A model generated the notes under the pieces. That model was not told the DNA's origin. It saw nothing but the letters and a program-made list of their open reading frames with translations, and did no database searches. Below, in pieces: positions 38,201 to 50,200 of a stretch of DNA of 64,000 nt (positions within the stretch are counted from its first letter, which is position 1; each line of letters starts with the position of its first letter). Source of the stretch: Squalus acanthias (Eukaryota); contig CM059432.1 of NCBI GenBank assembly GCA_030390025.1, positions 31,126,001-31,190,000 of the forward strand, read 5' to 3'. The position numbers were made by a program, and so were the translations under genes.

Positions 38201-41200
38201 TCCTCTGAATCCTTCCATGATCAGCCCCAACACCACTATCACCAGGCACACCAACACCAGCACCTCAATGCTGTCAAACACTGACAGAACAACTGTCAAA
38301 CTCAATGCGGCCATGGTCCCTTTAAGGAAACCGCTGATGACGCGTCATCAAATGACGTCATCAGACCCGCTTCCTGTTAATTGGCCTGGAAGTCCGTAGG
38401 GCAGGCTTAACAAGGCCAATCAAGGGAAACTCCCTTTGACAGAGCGGCTGCAGCCAGGATCGTGACTGGAACCCGGAAGCCAGCTCTCCCGCCACCATCC
38501 CAATACTGATGATAAAATCGTGGCCTTCATGTGTGAACCCAGATAGTGGTGGTCATAACAACTGTACTCAATCCTATTCTCCACCCGCCATGCACACATA
38601 TGAGCTTTCTAGCAGGGGCCAGGAGCAGGGAGTGGGACCCTGGCTGACTTCTCCCCTGCTCAACCCAAATGCACTCCAGGTCAACCAAGTAACCCAACTG
38701 CTGCCCTGACTTACATCATCTAACAGCACAGACCGGGGCCCTTCTTGCTTAGCCCAAAACCAGGTGGTACCTTCAAAATTAGGTTATTAGGGAGTTCTGC
38801 ATAATGTATAGTTGCTATTGAGTCTTGTAACAAGATTGCCAGCCATTGTAATTGAATGGTGCAGAGGATTTATTTGAAGCATTTTAGCCGCATTTGCAAA
38901 GTACTGACAGAAAGTCCTACTTCTGTAATTAAAGTGCATGGGACTAATGATGTACTTAAATAAGTTACAGTACAGAAAATAATTAGAGCTTCTTTTTCTC
39001 TGCCATTGCCTTCAACTTCGTGTCACATTTTTAAAAATTGCTACTGTGAATCATCTGAATAACTCAGACTGCTAACACAGTGATTGTGCTGGAACGAAGC
39101 CAATGGCAGTTAACATGAGACTTGATGTTTACAGATGCTGGTTTGGAAAAGCACCAGGGAAGTATATGGACTACATCTATCAAGGCCCAGTGATACTCGT
39201 ACTGCTGGTAAGTGCATAAATACAGTAGGGCAGATTTGATTGAATTGCAGTCCTGTTTAGGGGCCTCGCCTGCTGGTATAGGGAAATCGTGGGTGTGTTC
39301 CCCGTGACTTTTTGTCCTGACAGGAGCACGATTTCCTAAAATTTCTTGTTAAGTGCAATAATTGTTAGGATGCAGCACAAATTAATTCTGATTGGTTTTT
39401 TTTCTGAGACTCTTGTGCTCATCAAGATGAGGGAATTAGTGCTGAGGAATAGAGTCCTTTCACATATGATACTCAAGTGCTGATTTTCCTCTATTGATGC
39501 AAGTCGTACCTCAAAGGTTATGAACCAATGCTAATACTGCCTGAATGTGTGAATAGTACTTACATTTCATGGATCAGCTTATTTACATTATTCACACATC
39601 AAGATGCAGACCAGGACATTATCATTTTGGGATCTAGTATATGAATAATTTGAGACATGACATGTGGTAAGTGTAGCAAGCTTGGGAGGAACAGGTGACT
39701 TTGAACCTATGGTTCCCAAAGCTCTCCACCACTGGGGTATTGGAAACACCGAAGCCATCATCTTCAGCCCCCGGCACAAACACCGTACCCTTGCCAGCGG
39801 CTCCATCACCCCTCCCCAGCACTGTCTCAGGCTCAACCAGATTGTTCACAATCTCAGTGACCTAGTTGACTCCCAAGTTGAGCTTCCGACACCATATATT
39901 CTACATCACAAAGACTGCCTACATCCACCTCCTGCCTCCACCCCTATCTCAACCCATTTGCTGCCAAAACCTTTATCCATGCCTTTGTCACCTCCAGAGT
40001 CAACTATTCCAATGCCTTCCAGGCTGGCCTCCCATCCTCCACACTCTATAAATCTCAGCTCATCCAAATCTCTGCTGCCTGTATCCTATCCCAAGGTCCG
40101 AAATTTAAAATTCTCAACCTTATGTTTAAATCCCTTCATAGTCTCACCCCTTCCTATCTCTACCTTCCTCCAGCCCTACAACCACAACCCTCCAAACTCG
40201 CATTCCTCTGTGCATCCTCTCTTCCTTCGCCCCACCATTGGCAGACGTGCCTTCAGCCGCCTAGGCCCCACACTCTGGAATTCCCTCCCTAAATCCCTCT
40301 GAATCTTCACCTCTCTCCTCTTTTAAAATACTCCTTAACACCCACCGCCTTGTCCAAACCGTTGATCACCCTCCTCATCTCTCCTTTTACTCAGCATCCA
40401 CATTTTTTGATTTATCCTTTTGGGATATTTTTCTACGTTAAAAATGCGAAATAAATGCAAGTTGTTGCTGTTGTTAAGGGGATGGGGACAATGAAAGGGG
40501 ATTGTCATAAGGGGGGACACATTTCTCAAAGCTTTTAGAAAGTCATCAGAACCCATTTTACTTAACCCTTTGGCAGGGCATGAAGGGACAGGGCCTTAAG
40601 AAGTGACAGACAAAAATAAACAGAAAGGAAGCATCTTGTGCCAGCTCTATGGTATATATTAACAGCAATTAGTATAGATCTGCTCAGATCCTGTGAAGAC
40701 ACATCCCGTAGCTGTTGCCAGGTACAACAGTATGTGACATGATTGGTGACATCTGGCAGGTGTGGCCAATCGGGCTTTTCTGGCTGATGGTCACCATGGC
40801 AAGCCTTCTTTCATGCAGCACCATGATATATTGTTATTAGGATGCTTCTGAAACGTGCATTAATCTGTGCTGATGGTCACACGCAAGCAAAATGTTGTAT
40901 GTATGGGGAACTGCTGTTTATTGGAAAATGTGGAGCCATTTGCGTGCCACATATTATACCCTAGAAAGGAAATCCTCCATTTAAAAGAAAACTATTGCTC
41001 TCTCCCTTTGCCCTCTCTTGCCTGTAAGAAAAGTAACGGAATTTGCTCTGGCATACAATGCATCAGTCACCTGCTTTATACAGCGATGCACTGTAGACTG
41101 ACTTATGTTACTGATGCCTCCACTGGTCCACTGAAAAAAGCCTGAGGCAAAATGCTTCAAGGCAGCTGTCACCTTCACTGCCATTGGCAGCACCATAACT

Positions 41201-44200
41201 ACCCAACTGTTACACAACTCAGCCACAGTCTCCCTTGTGAACCTAAGCCTGTGAGGTCCAAATAATTGTATTGTGGCTAATTAAGTTGGTTGCCCGGGTA
41301 TATGTGGATAGGAGCCCTCTTCCTGCAATGTTGCCCGACATCCAACAGTTTCCCTCCTCTTCCTCCAGGGAACAGGTGTACAGTGGTACCCGGGAAGGGA
41401 CACCCACTGAGCAAGCGGAATGGTGCCAAGCAAGAATAGGACTCCGAGAGATTAAAACCTATTCCACTTCAAAAAGTACCACAACTAAGCAGTGCACACA
41501 GTGGCTGGCTGACCCTACAAACTGATTCTATTTTCAAGCACTGCCAGGTGACTTCCAATGTCTTCTTTATATGGGCCATTCTAAGACTCAACCCACCTGC
41601 CCATTGTTAGTAGAGAAAAATCTCACAGAAGACATTTTAACGACACTTTTACATCACTAACTTGGAATTACCATTTCACCACTACAACTGGGTGCTATGT
41701 CCCCATCCCCACCTGTGATATCAACAGGAATGCCCGTCGTGTTCATGGGAAGAGACATGCGCAAAGAATCTTTGTCCATTTCTCTACAGCCTAACACAGA
41801 TGTGAATCATTGAAATTTCAGCACAGAAGGAGGAATTTGGCTCATCGTTACTGTGCCAGTGCGAGCTCTACTGAACTATCTACTCTAATCACAATTCCCT
41901 GTACTTCCCCTTTAATATTTTTCTTTTTCAAGTGTCTCTCGTTCACTTTTAAATGTTCTTGCTTTAGCTTAAACTGCCCCTGTGATTATGCATGCCTCAT
42001 TCCAGGAGGGTGCTTCAGAGATTAGCGAGTTTATTTGAATCCATATCTAGTCCACTGTACCACTCAGTTCCCCTCTCTTTTATTTTACAAATTCTTATAG
42101 AAATTGATCTCGTGTGTGTGTGTGTATATATATCAGTGTCAAAAACTCTTTGAGAAAGACATTGACTGGCTCTTCAATGTGATTTATTAAAGCAGTAAAT
42201 CAGACAGAATGAAACATGGCATTGAGTTAGTGGAATGGAACAAAGTGATGAGATGAGCCGTTATTTAGAAAGATCTGCGCTTGATGTGGGAGGGAGAAGC
42301 ATTGTGCCTATTTACAATGATGGACTCCATTTTGTTGACCTTGCTGGGATGCAATGATTGATCACTCTGTACAAGTGGCCTCCCCAGTGTTTTTATTGTT
42401 TAAGGAAGGCTCATAGATAACTGAGGAATAGTTGAAGCTCAGTTGTTGAGCTTTAAACTTCAATTGACTTCGATTTAAAAGGCAAAGATCCACAATGGCC
42501 TCATTCTCTTTTACTCGAGGGTGGATAAAATAGTGTGATTGCCGTATCATTTAAAAAAAATCTTCCCTACTTCTGGATTTACTCAGCATTGACACTAAAG
42601 ACACTAATTGACACTAAATCAGCTTGGATTGACCTTAGCAGCAAAAAGCTTTTATAATGATGACTGAGTCTGGAAAAAAAACTGAGCATATGAGCATAAA
42701 ATTTATTTGCTTCACAGTAATTCAGTAACAAAAATTATTTCAAGTTAGTGACTCATTTAAAAACTAACACCACTAACTTTTTTATTACTTTTTTTGTATT
42801 TAGAGCTCATTAAGATTTTAGTGTTATCCAACTGGAACAAAAGCAACAACAACAACTTACATTTATCTAGCACCTTTAACGTGGTAAAACAACACAAGGT
42901 GCTACACAAGAGCGTTATCAGACAAAATTTGCTGCCAAGCCACATAAAGAGATATTAGGACAGGTGACCAAAAGCTTGGTCAAAGAGGTAGGTTTTAAGG
43001 GGGAGAGGGAGGTAGACAGGTGGAGAGATTTAGGGTGGGAATTCCAGAGCTTAGGGTCTCGGCAGCTGAAGGCACGGCCACCAACAGTGGAGTATAGGAA
43101 ATCGGGAAGTCAAATTTTGGGGATTCATTTCCTTTAGTTAATCTCCAAATGTTACTTTTCACAAAGGGTGGCTTTAATAATTACGATGGTAACATCACTT
43201 TAAAGTAAAATCTGGTTTTCTTCTGTGTCAGCAATATTCTGTTTCCATGCATGAGGGGAAAACAGAATAAACAAGAGTCAACTCGGCTCTCCCATGGCCT
43301 AGTACTGTGTGCAGTTCTAATCATCGTACTACAGTGTGGACAAGAGTGTACAGAGGAGAACAACTAAACTCACCGGAGATCAGGCACCTCAGCTATGAAG
43401 AAACAGGAAGGAAGCTGGGAATTTAAACTGCAAGAAAGGCTACTCCAGGAAAGCTTATCTAACTTTTCAAGATTCTAAAGAGTATCAATCAACCGAACCC
43501 TAATAGAAAGAAAGAACTTATATTTATGTGGTGCCTTTGACGACCTCAGGACGTCCCAAAATGCTTTACAGTCATTGAAGTACTTTTGAATTATAGTCAC
43601 TGCTGGAATGTAGGCAAACATGCCAGTTAGTTTATGCACAGAAAGGTCCCATAAACAGCAATGAGATAAATAAGCCGATAATCTGTTTTAGTGATGTTGG
43701 TTGAAGGATAAATGCTAGCCAAGACACTGGGAGAACTCCCTGCTCTTCTTCAAATAGTGCCATGGGATCTTCTACATCTACGGAAGAGGGCAGCCAAGGC
43801 CTCGGTTTAGTATCTCATCTGAAAGACAGCACCACTGACAGTGCAGCACTCCCTCAGTACTGCGCTAATAATTACAGGAGTGAAGCTGAACAGACAGTTT
43901 AGACTTAACTACTTACCACGGGGTGTGGCAACTGTGTGGAATAGACTGCTTGGGGAGGTAGGTAGTGTCAACAAATTCAACAGTGAGAGATTGGATAGTT
44001 TTTTAGTGAAAGAAATGGTTGAGGATATAAGTGATAGAGTACAGTATAGCATTTTTGATCTTTGGAACCAGCGAGCTGGATCACAATTGGGTTTTTCTCC
44101 CACTCCTATGCTTTGCTATTTAAAGGCATCACCTAATTTAACAGCACAAATCAAAAGGTCCCAGGTTTTATTCCTGGGCTTAGATTTTAGTCTTCCTGCC

Positions 44201-47200
44201 CTAGGAGAGTTGGGGTAGGACTTCCACTTACAGTCCCAACCCTGATCCATTTTGCAGGGTCGGAACGCCTACCAGCAAAAGGGAGCCCGCTGCTGCCAAC
44301 AGGGAAAATTCTATCTGGACTGTCGCTGCAGCACCCAGGGAGGCAGGACTGGTTAAAGGGAGCAGTAGGGCCCTGAAAATCAAGGAAGGATCAGTAGGTT
44401 TTAGCACCCCTACTGCCACTCCAACTGAGCTGAATTAATTCAGCACAGACTGGAAACTGAACCTAGGACCTCGTTGGCTTATTTACCCTCGTTCAATTAA
44501 CAGCTGAGCTATTGTAGGATTGATTACCTCAGTCTGGGCAATGTCTAAACAGAGGAGATCTTCAGGAACACATTTACAGTATCTCTACATAGTGACTAGA
44601 GGAATTTGTAGCCTCTGCTGTCTATTTAAATGGTAGCCAACTGAGGCAATTTTGTGGTAGCTTCACCACTAATATTTCGCTGTGGTCCTTTTGGACATGT
44701 GCAGTGTTCAGTAGAAGCTTTTAACAGTAATTATAAAAATAAATTAAACCTACACTAGAAATTATGTTCAGCAATATTAACTTATAAATGCTTAATTTTC
44801 CTGTGTGATATTCCTTTGTCTGCTGTTTTAATGGGCAGGTTAACCTGTTTATCTATCGTTATACAAAGTCTTGCATCTAGCAAGTGTCTATCACACTTCA
44901 CACTGCAGATGTCACACACAAATATATCAACAGGATTTTTTAAAAGTCATTTTTATGCTGGTTTCTCCTGACTTGCAACCTGCAAGTTACAAACACCTCC
45001 TAATCTCTAAATACCCACATCAGAAAAAAAAATTAACTTCCAATTGAAAGTTCAATATTTTGTGGCCTTAAACAGACAACTAGGGTAAATATTGAGCCTA
45101 TAAATTAGGCCTCTTAAAACATGCGCAACGAGAACCAATTTCAGGGAACAACATCCTGTGCACCATGTACGCTTGAAAGACGTCCAACCCGATATTGCGT
45201 CGGCCCATTTCGCAGGCATTTGAAGCGGCCAGGCTTTAGGCCTCTTGCATATGATAATGAAGTGCCTAACGCCCTGTGGGAATTGTCTGCCCTGAGTGGA
45301 TGCGGCCTAGCAAACGGCCACCACCAAAAAAGTATTTTGATATGGATCCAGGAGGAGCAGGAGTGCTCTTCCCAGCTCCACAACACTCCTGCCAGCCACG
45401 TTCAGCTCCCCTCCCACTGTCCTCACCACCCCGGCATTTGCCAGAGGCCACTGCAGGTGAGGTAGGCGGCCCGAAATTCAATGCTACGGAAGGATGAGCT
45501 GCCTGTGGAGGCGCAACGGATGCCGGCAGCTCGCCCAGATTATTTTGATGAGGCCCAAGGCAATACCATTTATTTGTTGTTTACGGAACCTTGCTGCATG
45601 TAAATTGACTCCCGCGTTTGCCGACTACACAACATTACTGCACTTGAAAAGTAATTCGTTAGCAATGAAGCTTTGGAATGTCCTGAGCATAGTTAAGGTG
45701 CTTTACAACAACAACAACGGAGAGGTTTAGGGAGGGTATTCCAGAGCTTAGAGACTTGGCAGCTGAAGGCACAGCCACCAATGCTGGAGTGATTAAAATC
45801 GGGGTTGTGCAAGAGGCCAGAATTGGAGGCACGCAGAGATCTCGGAGGGTTGTAGGGCTGGAGAGGTTACAGAGATGGGGAGGGGCGAGGCCATGGAGTG
45901 ATTTGAAAACAAGGAAGAGAATTTGAAAATCTCAACTGGGAGCCAATGTAGGTCAGCGAGCACAGGGGTGATGGGTGAACAGGACTTGGTGCGAGTTAGG
46001 ATACAGGCAGCAGAGTTTTGGATGACCTTAATTTATGGAGGGTGGAAAATGGGAGGCCAGCCAGATGTGCGTTGGAATAGTCAAGTCTAGAGGTAAAAAA
46101 GGCATGAATGAGGGTTTCAGCAGCAGATGAGCTGACGCATGGGTGGAGGCAGCTGATGTTATGGAGGTGAAAGCAGGCGGTCTTAGTGATGGCGCGGATA
46201 TGTGGCCAGAAGCTCATCTCGGGGTCAAATACGACACCAAAGTTGGTTCACATGCTAATATTCGCACTGTGTAATTTCAAGGCTTTAATCTTTTTAGTAT
46301 AAGATGCACTTATGCCAATCTGTTTTTCTGAGCAGGTTAATTTTGTCTTTCTCTTCAACATTGTGAGGATCCTGATGACTAAGCTGAGGGCATCGACCAC
46401 ATCCGAGACAATGCAGTACAGGTAAATGAAACCAAGGCAGCCATTATTTAGGTACTGAGCCCAATTTCTCTTTGGGTTGACAAATTGGAACCATTGCTCA
46501 GTACAGAGACCTTGTGTCCCTAGAGTATTTGTTTGTACTGATCAAGGTAATAAATATCTGTGCTGAAGTTGAATACATCTTTTATTTCTGGCTCCTGTTA
46601 TCAGTAATATCAGTGCTTGTTACTTCCTTATCCAAGTCATTGATATATATTAGAGGTACCAAGGGCTCCACGTTGCAATAGGGTTATGAATGGATGTCCC
46701 ACTCATAATCTCTTTCCATCTTGAAAAATTTGCACTTACGATTACTCTCTTTTTACTGTTTTTAAGCCATCATACTTTATTTGTGATACTTTATCTTGGC
46801 CATTAACCACAGACATTAGACCTTGTCAAACGCTTTCTCAAAATCCAGCTTTATAACGTCAACAAGTACATGATATCATCAAACATTCACAGGCGAGGAA
46901 CAGCGCAGCTTAGATACTTTTTTAAGTTCTTCTACTGTTTCCTAACAACGTGCCATAACCACAGCCTCAAAAAAACAATCCCTCCATGTGACATTTTCCT
47001 TTGCCGCAGCAGCCATCCGACAACTCAAAGAAAGCCTCAGAAATTCATATCACATGCCGAATTATGGGCTGTTTTGTGCTGTCCATTTTAAGGACTGGGT
47101 TAAGATTTCCCAAATTTGTTTCCTGAAGGAGCCGTGGGAACATGAGGACCGGACTAGGCCATTCAGCCACTCAAGCCTGTTCCACCATTCAATTCGGTCA

Positions 47201-50200
47201 TATCTGATCTATACTTCAGCACCCTTTACCTGTCTTTTCTCCATATCTCTTGATACCCTTACCTAACAATAATTTATTTATCTCAGTCTTGAAACTTTCA
47301 GTTAACCCAGCATCATAGAGTTTCATATTTCCACTACCCCTTGTGTGGAAAAAGTGCATCCTGATATCACTCCTGAATGGCTTACCTCTAATGTTAAAAT
47401 TATGCTCCCTTATTCCAGATTCCCCACCAGGGGAAATCTTTACATCTAGCCAAGAAAGAAGATTTTCATCCTACCAATCTGAACTGGATTTGAAGCCAGG
47501 TTGCAGGCCTAAAAGCAATATAGAAGTATTATACTATACATTATTTCCCATTTCCTTAATTTAGGGTATGGTAGTGTAGTGGTTATAGAATCATAGAATG
47601 GTTACAGCACAGAAGGAGGCCATTCGGCCCATCTAGCCCACGCTGGCTCTCGGCAAGGGCACTTCAGCTAGTTCCACTCCCCCGCCCTTTCCCCGTAGCC
47701 ATGCAATTTTTTTTCATTCAGGTACTTATCCAATTCCCTTTTGAAAGCCACGATTGAATCTGCCTCCACCACCCTTTCAGGCAGTGCATTCCAAATCCTA
47801 ACCACTCGCTGCTGAACTAGTAATCCAGACAGCATTAATTCAAATCCCACAATGGCAGTTTGAGAATTTGGGCTAAAAATTGAGTAGCGCCCCAGTTGAG
47901 GTGATAACTTCATTGGGGCGCTACTTTTAGCGCCCCGGAAAAATTAGCGCCCCCGCGACGGAAGTTGAGTGGTAGCGCCCCAAGAGGGAAGCGGGGCGCT
48001 ACTGAAAGCACCCCGCATCCCTCTTGGGGCGCTGCGAGGGAATATCGCTGCGCTGCGGCACACGTCGCGCTGCGGTATTGCAGGCCTTCCTCCACTTCTT
48101 AAATGGGAGGGGCCTTGCGCAGCGCAACCCGGGGCCCAGCTGGGCCCCCGGGGATCGGGAGTGCCGGCAAAAGAGCCCGGCACTCAAGAGAAGTGCCGGG
48201 CTCTTGGAGCGCAGCCGGCACTCCGTGGGGGGGGGGGGTTCAGGAGGCCAGGGACGGGAGCGCAGGCAGGTGCTGGCAGGCGGCCAGCAACAAAAATGGC
48301 CGCCCCGCACCTCGCCTTTAAATAGCGCCTCCCCGACCGCAGGTAGGCCCCCCTGACCCCATCGGACATAGCGTCCGGCGGTAAGTCAGGGGGCGCACCC
48401 GAAGATTGTGGCCGGGGCGCTGCGCACGGCTATGACATCATCGCCGGTGGCGCAGCGGTGCGGGGCACTACCGGTTAGCGCCGCCGCTCACCTCCCGCTG
48501 AATTTCGCGGGAGGTGTGGGTGGCGTCGCGCCCGGGCGCTAGTTGCTTTGCGCGCCGTTGGGAGGCGCAAAGCAACCGAATTTTTACCCCTTTGAATTCA
48601 GTTAAAAATATCTGGAAATAAAAAGCGGGTGTCAGCAAAAATGTTTTCACAAAGCTTGTCTTAAAAACCCAACTGGCTCACTAATGTCCTTTAGGGAAAG
48701 AAAGCTGCTGTCTTTACCTGGTTTGACCTATATGTGAGTCCAGTCCCGCACCATCGTAGTTGAATCTTAACTGCCCTTGTAATGGCCTAGCAAGCTACTC
48801 AGAGCAACTAGGGGATTGGCAATAAATGCTGGCTTTGCTAGTGATGGCAATAATCCTGAGCATTTTATTGGGGATTTTATACCATGCCTTACTTTGGGAA
48901 ATAAAATGCATTCGCTGGCCTGACTTTGAGCTCCCTCCTTTCTTTGTTTGCGATGGTTATCAGAGATTTAGATTTCCACTTTATAGGAAACATGCCCACA
49001 ACGTCAGAACTGCAATGCACATTCAGTACTCAGCAGATTAAATTTAATGAAAAATATTCATGAGGTTAATGGAGCCAGATATAACACATGCTGCTCGACA
49101 GCAGGATGAGCAGTCATAGGTTGACTGAGATTCATACTGAGCATGCCATCGTTCTGAATGATCTCCCCATTTTTCTGCATCTGGAAATTTGAATGTACCC
49201 CTTGTATTGTGTAAATCACTTAAGGTGCGAATAAGTTGACCTCTGCAGAATATTAAAAGCATCAACAATTGAAAGATATGAGATGTTTTTGAGGGAGCCA
49301 TGTGAACTATAAAGGATGTACTGCCTTCCAATGAACTCTGGTAGTGCTGCCAATCCGTTTAACATTCAAGTAACACACATTGGGCTAGAAATTGGGTTGC
49401 TTTTCGCCTCTCGTTAGAGGGGCGCTAACGGAACGCAAATGCCCTAGCGCCCGGGCACGGCGCTGCTAACCCCTCCCGTGAAATTCAGCAGGAGGTTAGT
49501 CGCGGTGGTAGCCGGTAGCGCCCCGCTCCGCTGCGCCGGCAATGATGACGTCATCGCCGTGCGCAGCGCACCATTTGCACCCCGGCTGCAAACTTCCCTT
49601 GTGCCCCCTGACCTATCGCCAGGCAATATGTGCGACAGGATCAGGGGGCGGTTTTGCAGCAGCGGTAGCAGGCGGCGGCGCAATTTAAAGGGCAGGTGTC
49701 GGGTGGCCATTTTTATTTTGGCTGACTGCCAGCACCTGCCCCCTTTCACAATTGTATGCCGCGATCGTTCAGCCCAGCATTCCTCTTGAGTGCCGGGCTG
49801 TTTCCACGGCACCCCGCTCCCCGGTGGTCCAGCAGGGCCCTGGTGCGTGCAGCACTAGGCCCCTCCCCTTTAATCAGGGGAGGAGGCCTGCAATGACACG
49901 GCGCAACATGCCGCCACGGCAACTAGCGCCACGACATTGAGTAGTAGCGCCCCGAGAAGGAGGTGGAGCGCTTCCAGTTGCACTCCACCTCCTTCTTGGG
50001 GCGCCACGACTGAATTTGCGGGGCAGGGGCGCTAACTTCTTCGGTGCGCTAAAATTAGAGCCCTGGTGAGGTTAGCGCCCCAAAATGGGATATACCCAAT
50101 TTTTCCGCCATTGAATTTCAGTCAAGCAGTGGACTCCACTTAGTGCTTGTCCATTATGTTTAGAGTCTCAGTTTAGTGGATAATGTCTCATGATTTTTCC

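Noticed and set aside
46330..46335. GAGCAG tandem acceptor adding Gln in TM5
   Set aside because: GAG acceptors are weak and nothing else supports use.
47910..49940. Overlapping GC-rich ORFs or a CpG-island promoter
   Set aside because: They fall within TIR/TSD-bounded MITEs; GC richness explains the lack of stops.
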